From the NCBI GenBank assembly GCA_963921275.4, contig OZ001293.3, positions 736,001-800,000 on the forward strand: a DNA stretch of 64,000 bases, given 5' to 3'. A program made the position numbers and the translations under genes. The notes beneath the pieces are model-generated. The model saw nothing but the letters and a program-made list of their open reading frames with translations. It made no database searches and was not told the origin of the DNA. This DNA comes from an uncultured Hormoscilla sp. Lineage in GTDB: Bacteria; Cyanobacteriota; Cyanobacteriia; Cyanobacteriales; Desertifilaceae. Shown piece after piece: positions 22,204 through 32,450 of this stretch (position 1 is the first letter of the stretch; every line of letters begins with the position of its first letter).

Positions 22204-22697
22204 GGGTGTGGTCAAAACCCGTTGATACGCTACAAGGCATGGATATCCCCCCAGGATATCGCGAAGGAGGGCCGTGAGACTCTTCACATCTCATGATGAA
22301 CGGTTGCCAACGGGCGCAAGACCACACCAGTTTTAAACCCCAACCGAGAGGTTTTAAACCCCAACCGAGAGGTTTTAAACCCCAACCGAGAGGTTTTAAA
22401 CCACAACCAAGAGGTTTTAAACCACAACCGAGAGGTTTTAAACCTCAACCGAGAGGTTTAAAACCTCAACCGAGAGGTTTTAAACCCAAACAGTGGGGCA
22501 CCGGAAACGCGGGTGTGGTCATGCATTAGTTGCATAGGGATCCCCCCCCAAACCCCCCCGCGCCAATTGGGCTATGGAAGCTTCCCGAATTGCGCGGTTT
22601 CCCCCGAAGATGCGGGGGGTTTGGGGGGATCCGGGGGTTTGGGGGGATCCTCCGACTGAGAGGGCCCATGTTAGATCGACGGGTTTTGACCACACCC
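22204..22697. mobile_element. Composite GGGTG-ended MITE enclosing a tandem array, with a 9-bp TSD
   Basis: Outer TIRs GGGTGTGGTCAAAACCCGTTGAT / ATCGACGGGTTTTGACCACACCC; GAGAGCCCC at 22195-22203 and 22698-22706; inner ends at 22308-22328 and ~22511. Confidence 0.85.
22330..22490. repeat. 21-bp tandem array (~7.5 units)
   Basis: GTTTTAAACC(C/A/T)CAACCGAGAG repeated. Confidence 0.95.
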
Positions 22698-22789
22698 GAG
22701 AGCCCCGTCCGAGAGAAATATCTTGAGAAAATTTGATACAATTTAAGTTAATCAGCTAAGATAAGGTAAATATTACACAGAAGAGCTAC

Positions 22790-23146
22790 TTGATGGAACT
22801 AGAAAAACTGGGCCAATATAAGGAATATGAAGAATCGGTTTTCCAGGGACTAGAGGGGGTGAAGCAGCCTTTGCCAGACTGGGTGCCACTGGATCGCCGT
22901 CAGAGTCTGGAAAGCCTCAGACAAGCAGCCACCAAAACAGTAGAACTAGCATCGTCGCCGGTGAAGAACGGGGTGATGGGAGAATTCAGTAGCGGCAAAA
23001 CCTTGCTGTTGGGAAGCTTGATCGGCTACGCGGATGCTTTACCGGTCAGTGAAACCTCCACTACAGGCAACGTAACTGCTGTCCACCTGATGCAGGAAGA
23101 CTCACTCCAGACCACTAAGGTGGACCAGTTGCAGCAACATCAGTAA
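22790..23146 (+). pseudogene. N-terminal fragment of a dynamin-like GTPase
   Basis: 'GVMGEFSSGKTLLLGSLIG..ALPVSETSTTG' (G1/G2); ends abruptly. Confidence 0.7.
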
Positions 23147-23194
23147 AATGATGCGTTCAGAGATGTAAGAGCAGAGCGATAAAAGAAGATCAAC

Positions 23195-24106
23195 ATGAAA
23201 GAGAATGCACACTATGAAAATGCCGTTGATATTTTGAGCACGATGTCTATTTTAAAGGAATCCTTTTCTGTTACTGAAATAGAACTTTTCGTAAAGATGA
23301 TGAACTTTCAAAGATACAAAGAAAAGGTTAACATTATGAGTAAAGGTGAGCCAGCTACCTCTCTCATGTGTCTTGTCGCTGGTGAGGCTCGTGTTATTTC
23401 CAGGGGTCATCAATTGGCAATATTACGAGTAGGGGAAATATTTGGAGAATCGATGTTTTCTGACGAAGGCATTCGCACGGCTGATGTAATCGCGAGTGAA
23501 GATGTCTCTGTTATAATCTTTACAGTAGAGGATCATGAAAGGCTAACAAGGATTTCTCCAAGCATCGCTCTAAAGTACAAGATTTTTTTTGAGTCGATTT
23601 ACCAACATAACAAAAATAAAGATAATAAGTTTTTCCATGTCGATTCCACAAAGTATCTTGCCCTCATCGCTCATAACGAAATGAAAAGTAGCTTGGTTGA
23701 GTTTGTGAAACAACACATAAAATTGATTACTAAATTCCCACTTGTGGCCACAGGTACTACGGGACTCCTTCTTTACCAAACAGCAGGTGTGGTACTTTCT
23801 CGAAAAGTAAAGTCTGGACCTTTAGGAGGGGATCAAGCCATTAGAAGTATGATTTCCACAGGTAATATCTGTGGTGTATTTTTCTTTCGTGATCCTCTTT
23901 CTTCACACCCTCATCATGCGGATATTGAAGCGCTATCAAGATTATGTGATGTCTATCAAATTCCGTTGGCCACCAACCATTCTACTGCTGAAGCTGTTTT
24001 ATTATATTTAAACAATACTCCTTCAGAAGGTAAACATACTTTCAATCCAGCATTGACAAAATATAAACAACAGCAGAGTCGTGTAGTTCAAAAACCTGAG
24101 TTCTGA
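23195..24106 (+). CDS. mgsA: cNMP-binding domain fused to methylglyoxal synthase
   Basis: cNMP 'GEIFGESMF...RTADV'; MgsA 'ALIAH', 'ATGTTG', 'SGPLGGDQ', 'FFRDPL..HPH..D', 'IPLATN'. Confidence 0.85.
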   Translation: MKENAHYENAVDILSTMSILKESFSVTEIELFVKMMNFQRYKEKVNIMSKGEPATSLMCLVAGEARVISRGHQLAILRVGEIFGESMFSDEGIRTADVIASEDVSVIIFTVEDHERLTRISPSIALKYKIFFESIYQHNKNKDNKFFHVDSTKYLALIAHNEMKSSLVEFVKQHIKLITKFPLVATGTTGLLLYQTAGVVLSRKVKSGPLGGDQAIRSMISTGNICGVFFFRDPLSSHPHHADIEALSRLCDVYQIPLATNHSTAEAVLLYLNNTPSEGKHTFNPALTKYKQQQSRVVQKPEF

Positions 24107-24139
24107 ATCAGGAATAGCGTAGCTGGTAAAAAAAAGATG

Positions 24140-24260
24140 TTGACATCCTCCCCGGCCTAAAGGCACAGGGATTCCTACCGAGCCAAAGCTCCTCGGCGGG
24201 TTGACGTTTCATTGGCTGCTGCGCCCACCCCTTCCAACATTTTCGGGATTCGCCGCCAGG
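24140..24260 (-). mobile_element. Orphan IS200/IS605-type right end (omegaRNA-like) without tnpB
   Basis: Minus strand TGAAACGTCAACC...GGAATCCCTGTGCCTTTAGGCCGGGGAGGATGTCAA. Confidence 0.65.
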
Positions 24261-24534
24261 AGCCCCCCCCGTTAGCGTAGCGGCGCGACGCAGGAGCGCT
24301 AGCAATCTCACCGCGCTGTATCCTGGGTAGCGCGAGTAGCGCTCCCAGGATACAGCGAACGACGCCGGAGTGATCTTTATCTCATACGAGGCGGGGGGAT
24401 TGCTAGCCCTCCTGGCGTCGGGCCGCTGCGCTAACGAGGGGGGGTTAACTCGGTTCCGCATAAGTTAATCGCTACGTACCCCCCCCTCGCAATGACAAAT
24501 AAGATGCAAAACCTACAAAGTATTGACCGATGTG

Positions 24535-24734
24535 CTAGCTCATCGTCGTACCACTGCGATCGTAGCTCGCTCGGAAACTGGAATGAGGCTTTCCTTGAAT
24601 GTGGTTCCAATAGTAGCTGCTTCCACCGGTAATCCCACTTCTGCTGCCGATCGACCCAGCATCGATTGCTCCCGATTCTTGACTAGATGATGATGACGCA
24701 TCATTAAGGCCCGAGCAAGTTCAAGAGCAGACAT
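24535..24734 (-). pseudogene. gifA: Frameshifted duplicate of gifA
   Basis: High identity to 24797-24997; 1-nt deletion after 'VEAA'. Confidence 0.85.
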
Positions 24735-24796
24735 TTTCACATCCTCCGAGCGTATAATTGATCTGTGATTAACTGTTGACTATCAAACCGGTTGTT

Positions 24797-24997
24797 CTAG
24801 CTCATCGTCGCACCACTGCGATCGTAGTTTTTCCGGAAAGTAGGATGGGGTTTTCCTTGAATGTGGTTCCAATGGTTAGCTGCTTCCGCTGGTAATCCCG
24901 CTTCCGCTGCCGATCGACCTAGCATCGATTGCTGGCGATTCTTGACTAGATGATGATGACGCATCATTAGGGCCCGCGCTTGTTCTTGAGTAGACAT
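24797..24997 (-). CDS. gifA: Glutamine synthetase inactivating factor IF7
   Basis: 'MSTQEQARALMMRHH..KNRQQSML.R.A.E...QGKP...FR..YDRS...S' is the IF7 signature. Confidence 0.92.
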   Translation of the reverse strand: MSTQEQARALMMRHHHLVKNRQQSMLGRSAAEAGLPAEAANHWNHIQGKPHPTFRKNYDRSGATMS

Positions 24998-25055
24998 CTG
25001 AGGATCCTCCTTTGCTTTTCAGACCAATGGTTAACTTTCTTTCTCTTACATTTAT

Positions 25056-25088
25056 AACTATAACCAACAAACTGTAGCGAAATTAACA
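25056..25088 (-). promoter_or_regulatory. Putative gifA -10 box with an NtcA-like site just upstream
   Basis: TGTA-N8-AACA at 25073-25088 (one mismatch to GTA-N8-TAC); TATAGT on the minus strand just downstream; gifA is known to be NtcA-repressed. Confidence 0.55.
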
Positions 25089-25465
25089 AAATAGCCCTAC
25101 TTTACAAAAATTTACACAATTTTTCCTTGTGTAACCGGCGAATAACAGCAATAGCACAACCCACCAGTAGTAGGGTGGGCACCGCTCACCAGTAGCTAGA
25201 GCGCCGGTCAATAAACAGGGCTTGGAGTGCAGCATTGAGATCTCGAAGATACCTGCATCTATAACCCGGTTTATCGCTTATAGAACGCCGGTCAAGCGGT
25301 TCGACTTCGCGGTCTCAGAGGATAGAAAAACTGGCGATCGCCCCAACCCGGGCAGGCGAGACGCCCGCCCTACGAACCTGGAAACAAACCTGACGAAGAA
25401 CGGGACTCAGGACTGCCATCCTGTGGTAAGCTCTTGGGAATCAGTAATGGTACAGGAAAAAATAA

Positions 25466-26314
25466 GTGTCAGTTGAGGAGCATTTTCTTAGGGTCGGAGC
25501 CCTGGAATGGTTTTATCGGGAGTCTTTACCAGTTTCTAACAGTGAAAAACCACCGGTGCTGCTGCTACACGGCTTGGTCTCCCAGGGTTACAGCTATCGG
25601 GACATTCTGCCAGTCTTGGCAGAACAGGGGTTTCGGGCGATCGCCCCGGACTGGATCGGTTTCGGTTTCTCTGCTAAACCTGGCAAGCGGGACTTTGCCT
25701 ACACCCCCGATGCTTTCGTAACCGCCTTGGCAGCATTTATAGATGCCTTAGAATGCGATCGCATTTCCCTGGTCGTGCAAGGATTTGTCGGATCTGCCGG
25801 TTTACAATATGCTCTGCGTCACCCTGAGAAGATCGCACGCTTGGCAGTCCTGAATACCCCCCTTTCCACCGAGGCCCAGTTGCCCTGGAAGATCAAACAG
25901 TTAGGGTTGCCCTTGCTGGGAGAGGTATTTACCCAAGACCCCCTGTTGGTCGATCGCACTTTGGAAGGCGGCGGCCCCTACCAGGTAGCAGATAAAGATT
26001 TAGATGTCTATCGCCGTCCCTTTCTCCAAAGTTCGGCAGCCGGACGTGCCCTGTTCATCACTATCCGTAACCTCCGGCTGCAACAGGTGACCGCAGAAAT
26101 AGAGAAGGGCTTTAGCCAATGGCCGCAACCAACCCTGATCGTTTGGGGCACCTCAGACCCCTGGTTACCCTTAACCCAGGCCCAAAGCTTTGCCAGTTCC
26201 CTGGCCAATGGCGAAGTAGTCCCCCTAGAACAGGTAGGACATTATGCTCAAGAGGACTGGCATGAAAAGGTTAGCGAGGTTCTCCTGCCTTTCCTGCGCC
26301 GTCAAGAAACTTAG
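25466..26314 (+). CDS. Alpha/beta-fold hydrolase
   Basis: 'VLLLHG', 'APDWIGFGFS', 'WGTSDP', 'GHYAQED'. Confidence 0.88.
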   Translation: MSVEEHFLRVGALEWFYRESLPVSNSEKPPVLLLHGLVSQGYSYRDILPVLAEQGFRAIAPDWIGFGFSAKPGKRDFAYTPDAFVTALAAFIDALECDRISLVVQGFVGSAGLQYALRHPEKIARLAVLNTPLSTEAQLPWKIKQLGLPLLGEVFTQDPLLVDRTLEGGGPYQVADKDLDVYRRPFLQSSAAGRALFITIRNLRLQQVTAEIEKGFSQWPQPTLIVWGTSDPWLPLTQAQSFASSLANGEVVPLEQVGHYAQEDWHEKVSEVLLPFLRRQET

Positions 26315-26353
26315 CTAGTTAAATCTGATGCCGAATTATGATATATTTCTTTA

Positions 26354-27365
26354 ACTCAAGTTGCGACCTATAAAAATTGGATACAAAAAGCTATGATAAA
26401 GAGAATTATTTTCAACTCTAATCCCTTAGATGTAACAGCATGAATTGACTTGGGAAACAAATTGATGATTCGACTAAAACAGGTTTCAACTTGTTTTCTT
26501 GTTACTTTTTGTATATATTCAAAACAAGAATATTCTTTTCTTTTTGAGTTCTTTTTTCGCAAAGGTTTTAACATTATACTTGACGACTCTTTTAGTAAAT
26601 CCTCTAATTGATAATCATTATAAGCTTTATCTCCATAAACTATTGAATTTGATGGTAAGTCAAAGCCAAAAGATTGCAAAACTTTAACATCATTATAACT
26701 ACCAGTATCTAGATAAAATTCTATTGGCTTTCCATTTTTGTTTACCAACATATGAACTCTTAATCCATAAAAATAACGTTTTTTACTGGCAATATACCCT
26801 CGATATTCTTCCTTGTTATAAATTTGGCATCTATCAATCCTAATATTATCACATACTGGCACCGGGAAACTATCAAGAATATATTCTTGACCCGGATTGA
26901 GCTCTTTAAATGTTTGAGCTATAACTTGGAAGAAAAACATCCAAATTGGTTCGTCAATATTGTGTAATCGACGATTGAACCTACTTTTACTTAACAGATT
27001 TTTTATATACTTGTGTTGGACCATAAATTGACAAGAGCGATCGTGGTGTCCTCCGAAAAAATATGCAGCAACTAATCCGACTGTCATCACTTCGGCATTG
27101 TTCATTTTTACTTGTGGATCTTCTTTTATATTTAACGCTTTTAGTAGCTCGTCACAAAGAACAAAAATTGTTGTAATCATATCTTCCATCATCTACATCC
27201 CCCAGCAATTAACTATTATTTTAGTACATTATAACCTATAAACAGCCAACCCGCCGTCTAGCACAAAAAAAATATAATTTTGTATCAAAAGCTACGAAAT
27301 ATCCCAAATATCTGTAAAGTCTAAGTGGGTAATTCATATTTTTTTTAATAGGTCGCAACTTAGGT
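26354..27365 (-). mobile_element. IS982-family element with an intact transposase (26368-27192)
   Basis: TIRs ACTCAAGTTGCGACCTAT / ATAGGTCGCAACTTAGGT; 10-bp TSD TATTTCTTTA (26344-26353, 27366-27375); 'LDSFP', 'YGLRVH', 'GDKAY', 'RKQVET'. Confidence 0.92.
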
Positions 27366-27435
27366 TATTTCTTTAACATAATTCCCCCCATGATGGGGCA
27401 GTTTAATTTGTTGAATAGCAAGATTGGATGAAGTT

Positions 27436-27879
27436 ATGTTACGATATCGCTCTTTTCTAGCTTTAGTATTGACACTGGTGACAGTGTTTGTAGTCAGCTG
27501 TGCCACGCCCACTGCCCAGCAGCCCCTATATGACCAGTCCAAGCTAGCCCAAGTTGAAATCTTCCTTCCCAGAATACTTTCCACCCGCGATCGGATGCCA
27601 GAACTAGAGGATCTGATCGAAGAACGGGACTGGGTATTTGTCAGCAACTTTATCCACGGACCCCTGGGAGACTTGCGGCGTCAGATGAAAAGTTTGGCTT
27701 ATAACCTGCTTCCCGCAGATGAAAAAGCAGCTTTAGACGTCGCCGATCGGCTGTTCGATGACTTAGTAGCCATTGACGCAGCCGCCGAAGCAAACAGCTA
27801 TGCCCAAGCAGCGGTTAGTTACAAAGCTGCCATTAAGGATTTTGACAGTTTCTTAGATCTGATTCCCACAAAGGGTTAG
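27436..27879 (+). CDS. psbQ: Photosystem II lipoprotein PsbQ (CyanoQ)
   Basis: Lipobox 'VVSC'; 'DWVFVSNFIHGPLGDLRRQM'. Confidence 0.9.
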   Translation: MLRYRSFLALVLTLVTVFVVSCATPTAQQPLYDQSKLAQVEIFLPRILSTRDRMPELEDLIEERDWVFVSNFIHGPLGDLRRQMKSLAYNLLPADEKAALDVADRLFDDLVAIDAAAEANSYAQAAVSYKAAIKDFDSFLDLIPTKG

Positions 27880-27956
27880 TCTCTCTCACCTGACTTTGGT
27901 GACTTCTCTGTTTTTACTCTCGGGTGGGCGATCGCCCACCCGACTATTATAGAATT

Positions 27957-29108
27957 ATGACTCTTGTAATCATCATCGGCTGTGGCGCGATCGGGGCCAT
28001 GACAGCCTATGAACTCAGCCAAGTTCAGGGACTACAAATCACTGTCATTGACAAGCAACCCCCCGCCCAAGCAGCAACAGGTGCGGCCCTCGGGGTGATG
28101 ATGGGCATTATCTCTGGGAAAGTCAAGGGCCGGGCCTGGGAACTGCGCCAAACTAGTATCCGACGCTATGAAACTTTGATTACAGAACTAGAAGAGATTA
28201 CACAGGGCCAGATCCCTTTTAATCGTCAAGGCATTCTCAAGCTTTGCACTGAGTCTGAAGAGTTAGAAAAAGGGCAACAGTTAGCAGAAATTCGTCGGTC
28301 TCAGGGCTGGCAGCTGGAAATTTGGGATGCCGATCGCTTATTATCTCACTGTCGGCATTTGAGCGATCGCTTCTACGGTGCGATCTATTCTCCCCAAGAT
28401 AGACAAGTAGATCCTACTGCTCTCACCCATGCCTTGGTTACCGCAGCCCAAGGCAATGGCGTTACATTTAAGTTTGGTGTTAATGTAGAGGGGTTAGCAA
28501 CATCCGACGGAGGCCGCTGTCTTATTCAGACTAATGCGGGAAATATGAAGTGCGATCGCTTAGTAATTGCAGCTGGGTTGGGGTCCACAGAGTTAACAAA
28601 ATCTTTACAAAAAACTATTGACATTCGCCCAGTATTAGGGCAAGCTGTACAGTTAGGGGGAGTGAGCTTGGGAAATCAGGAGTTTCAGCCCGCTATTACA
28701 GCAGATGATATCCATATCGTCCCCGTGGGCGATTGCGCTGCGCGCACACGGCTACGCCTAAGCGATCGGAATTACTGGGTGGGGGCCACGGTAGAATTTC
28801 CCACAGCTACAGGTGAAATAGCAGCAGACCCGAAGAATTTGCAGATGGTTAAGGAAAAGGCGATCGCCATTTGTCCCGCCCTTGCAGATGGGGCGATCGT
28901 CAAGCAATGGTCGGGTTTACGTCCCCGTCCTTCCGGACGGCCAGCCCCCATTATCGGTCATCTGCCAGGTGATGATAACATATTGCTAGCCACAGGTCAC
29001 TATCGCAATGGCATCTTACTCGCACCCGCCACCGCCCAAGCAATCAGAAAGGCGATCGCGCAGGACGGGCATCTTGCCTGTCACGGGCATCCTGTACAGG
29101 ACTGTTAA
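27957..29108 (+). CDS. FAD-dependent oxidoreductase (DadA/ThiO-like)
   Basis: GCGAIG Rossmann motif; 'WSGLRPRP', 'ATGHYRNGILLAPATA'. Confidence 0.88.
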   Translation: MTLVIIIGCGAIGAMTAYELSQVQGLQITVIDKQPPAQAATGAALGVMMGIISGKVKGRAWELRQTSIRRYETLITELEEITQGQIPFNRQGILKLCTESEELEKGQQLAEIRRSQGWQLEIWDADRLLSHCRHLSDRFYGAIYSPQDRQVDPTALTHALVTAAQGNGVTFKFGVNVEGLATSDGGRCLIQTNAGNMKCDRLVIAAGLGSTELTKSLQKTIDIRPVLGQAVQLGGVSLGNQEFQPAITADDIHIVPVGDCAARTRLRLSDRNYWVGATVEFPTATGEIAADPKNLQMVKEKAIAICPALADGAIVKQWSGLRPRPSGRPAPIIGHLPGDDNILLATGHYRNGILLAPATAQAIRKAIAQDGHLACHGHPVQDC

Positions 29109-29373
29109 CGAACTTTATCGCTGAGTAGAGATGCAAGAACCGCTAGTGGTTTGGTGGATGTTTGTCCCAGGTTTAATTTAATTGTAGGATTCAGACAATT
29201 TCACTTCTTAAGTCAATTATGGGCGAGGAAGCAGAATATAATTGTTAAAGAGCCAGTGGCCCAGAGTATTCTGTTTCTTTCAGCTAACCCTTAGTATGGA
29301 AGTGGGGATATTGAGATGCATCATAAGTTGGAAGTTTGAATTGCTTAGTAGTTGTAGTGAGTAGAGAGAGAGT

Positions 29374-30084
29374 ATGACGGGAAAATCACAAGAATATCTA
29401 CGTCCGGTCCGAGAGATTATCTCGATTGTAGTAGCATTGACGATTTTGGCGGGCATATTTTTTATCGCCCCGAAATTCGGAACAACAATTCAATTTAAGC
29501 AGGAGATCAATGACGAAATTGCGGGGATAATCGTCGTGCTATCCTTTGTTTCCCTGGCGGTACGCAGCTCCGTCAAAAGCTTTGTTGGTGCTGTCCGCGA
29601 TGTGGGCCAAGAAAGGCTAGAAAAACTGAATAAAAAGAAAGAAATTGACCGCAATTTCATTAAGAATGTCAAGGAAAAGATTGAGGAGAAGATTAAAAAT
29701 AATCAGTTAAGTTCAAATGAAGAATTGGAGTCTCTATTCGATCAGGAATTCGCTCCATTGTTATCAAAAGGAAAGGAATTATATCAGGAGCAAACTGAAA
29801 TAATGGCGGCGCTCAATGAATACGAAGCAAACACGGAACTGATCAGCAATCTGGCAACGATCGTAGCAGGTTTGCTAGTCAGCATGGTAGGGGTGCGAAC
29901 CCTGGGCACTTTTTGCGAGTACGACTCGCTATCGGGCTTGCAACTGCGGTTTTTTGAGGCTGTTGATATTGTGTTGACTGCGGGATTGGTTTTGGGCGGT
30001 AGAGAAGCGATCAATGGGTTGACTGCTATAATTCAAAATGCTACCCCAAACACCACGAGTCAGTCCGCCTCCACGAGCAAGTAG
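29374..30084 (+). CDS. Hypothetical membrane protein (TM pair, coiled coil, TM pair)
   Basis: Hydrophobic segments flank a charged helical region. Confidence 0.65.
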   Translation: MTGKSQEYLRPVREIISIVVALTILAGIFFIAPKFGTTIQFKQEINDEIAGIIVVLSFVSLAVRSSVKSFVGAVRDVGQERLEKLNKKKEIDRNFIKNVKEKIEEKIKNNQLSSNEELESLFDQEFAPLLSKGKELYQEQTEIMAALNEYEANTELISNLATIVAGLLVSMVGVRTLGTFCEYDSLSGLQLRFFEAVDIVLTAGLVLGGREAINGLTAIIQNATPNTTSQSASTSK

Positions 30085-30237
30085 CGATCGCTGCTAATTG
30101 TTAATTGCCATGAATGGCAGTGAAATCAAAGATGCCCACCAAACCCGATTTCGCCGAAGAAACCGGGTACGAGACTTTCACAACTGATTGATAATTGCTA
30201 TATTATAAGATCAGATCGCATAACTTGATATTAGCCA

Positions 30238-31242
30238 ATGAAAGTAATTTTCTGCGGAACCCCTGAATTTGCCGTGCCCAGCCTCGATCGCCTGCTGTCC
30301 AATCCCTTCTTTGAAGTTGTGGGCGTAGTTACCCAGCCAGATAAACGGCGGGGACGCGGGAATAAACTAACACCTTCACCAGTAAAAACTGTAGCACTGA
30401 CTCATAACTTACCAGTTTGGCAGCCCCAACGGATCAAAAAAGATGCCGCCACCCTTAGCCAATTGCAACAGGCCCAGGCTGATGTATTCGTAGTGGTAGC
30501 CTACGGGCAAATTCTTTCTAAAAAGATTCTGGACATGCCTCAACTAGGATGCATTAACGTTCACGGTTCTATTTTACCCCAGTATCGGGGGGCTGCACCA
30601 ATTCAGTGGAGTCTATATCATGGTGAGACGGAAACTTGCATTACTACTATACTGATGGATGCAGGCATGGATACAGGTGATATGCTGCTGAAATCCTTTA
30701 CTCCTATTGGGTTACTCGATAATGCCCAGGAATTGGCTCAGACCCTTGCCAGTACGGGGGCTGATTTGTTAGTAGAAACCCTGCTGAAGTGGGAACGTTC
30801 TGAAATTACACCCATTCGGCAAGATGCCTCGGAAGCAACCTATGCGCCACTGATTACCAAAGCAGATTACTTGCTCTCATGGTCCAGAAGCGCGATCGCC
30901 CTGCACAATCAAATTAGAGGATTTTGCCCCAACTCTGTAGCCTCATTTCGCGGTAAATCCTTGAAAATCACTGCCACAGCCCCTCTCGGCGACCAATACT
31001 GGCATCAGCTACCGCCAGAATTGGCCATTTTAGAACAGAATTGGGCCTCACTCTCTGCCAATACTGGGCGTCCTGGAGAAGTAGTGAGCATTGCCAAGCG
31101 GATAGGACCAATTATTCAAACTGGCAAAGGATTATTACTATTGCGGCAAGTCCAGCTGGCGGGTAAACGCGCTCAGTCTGGGTGGGATTTTGCCAATGGT
31201 GTCCGCTTGGCAGTAGGAGAGATATTAGAAAATGGACAGTAA
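30238..31242 (+). CDS. fmt: Methionyl-tRNA formyltransferase
   Basis: 'GTPEFA', 'VVTQPD', '[19 protein letters not shown]'. Confidence 0.95.
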   Translation: MKVIFCGTPEFAVPSLDRLLSNPFFEVVGVVTQPDKRRGRGNKLTPSPVKTVALTHNLPVWQPQRIKKDAATLSQLQQAQADVFVVVAYGQILSKKILDMPQLGCINVHGSILPQYRGAAPIQWSLYHGETETCITTILMDAGMDTGDMLLKSFTPIGLLDNAQELAQTLASTGADLLVETLLKWERSEITPIRQDASEATYAPLITKADYLLSWSRSAIALHNQIRGFCPNSVASFRGKSLKITATAPLGDQYWHQLPPELAILEQNWASLSANTGRPGEVVSIAKRIGPIIQTGKGLLLLRQVQLAGKRAQSGWDFANGVRLAVGEILENGQ

Positions 31243-31255
31243 AGTGAACAATAGC

Positions 31256-31645
31256 TCAAACACAAGTAAGGTGGGTCGCGCCCACCGAAGGCAAAGATTT
31301 TTCATAAAAACGACAAGAATCGCATGGTCCCACTGGGTTAACTGCACAGCGCACCAGTTCAGAATGAGCATTGAAGCGACAACTGGCGTCTCCCAGCACC
31401 CAGCGTCCATCGATCAGACTTTTCTCAGCTGGACGTGGTGCGGACTGGACAATAAGGGCAATTTTGTGCAAGCGATAGCGTCCTGACTTCAGCTTGTAGC
31501 GGTGGCGACGTTCTAGGACAGCGTAGGTTTTACCTTTGAGGTCGAGATAGTGACCGGGTTGGGGGTTCCAATCTAGTGTCAGGTTTCCAAGGGTCTGACG
31601 CGGATGCGTCAGAATCACCTCTATGGGTAGAGAATCTGGCTCCAT
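31256..31645 (-). CDS. Conserved cyanobacterial protein (DUF6464-like)
   Basis: 'YAVLERRHRY', 'GDASCRFNAHSELVRCAVNP.GPC..C'. Confidence 0.75.
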   Translation of the reverse strand: MEPDSLPIEVILTHPRQTLGNLTLDWNPQPGHYLDLKGKTYAVLERRHRYKLKSGRYRLHKIALIVQSAPRPAEKSLIDGRWVLGDASCRFNAHSELVRCAVNPVGPCDSCRFYEKSLPSVGATHLTCV

Positions 31646-32450
31646 AATTAATGTGTTCGGTAATACATAATTATCCAAGATATCGCATCAACGCCGAAAG
31701 CCTGCCACTGTTTAGATTCTCAATAGAATTGTTTTGCACCGACTGCCTCCCGTTTGTAGTAAGCACTTTAGTGCTTCCCCGTTTGTAGTAAGCACTAAAG
31801 TGCTTCCCAGGCGCGATCGCCCCATGCAGTCTGGAGAATCATAGCACAAATTCCTGGCGATACTGCTGCGCAGTCGCTGCGCGAACGGGTGAGTGTGGCC
31901 AATATGACGACCATTACATCGACCAGCTGGAGAGTCGGTCGCTGTAGAACGGATTTTGGAGCGAGGCATATATCTATTATTGTCTAGAAAAATATAGCAT
32001 TATCACGATGCCAAAGGCTGAATAACGCTCTTCTGGGCAGCTCATAATTATCACATGCTGAATAGCGCAAGCATGAGAGCACATAATTATCGCAGTCTGC
32101 TGAATGAAGATTTCTTCGCAGTACTGTTCGATTGCTTTCTGGAATGAAGCGATTGTGGGAAAAAATGGACATCTCTAGCAGACGATTGTCGCCGGGTAAC
32201 CAATCTTAGCCGTGTGACGACATCTCTGTCTTGCTATTGAATGTCTCGATTGCTAATTAATAATTGATAATTGATAATTAATAATTGGAAATTGTCCAAG
32301 TTCACCCTGTTATCTTAGTCCCAGTCGTCCTTATCTATTTGCTTCTATGAGATGCACCCGATATAATCTGACCACTGACTCCCAGGCGATCCGCCCGTCC
32401 TACGCCCCCGGACAGGCGATCCGCCCGTCCTACGCAACTAACCACCGATC

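Noticed and set aside
22293..22529. ORF with FKPQPRG repeats
   Set aside because: It is the translation of the 21-bp array inside a MITE; nothing supports it as a gene.
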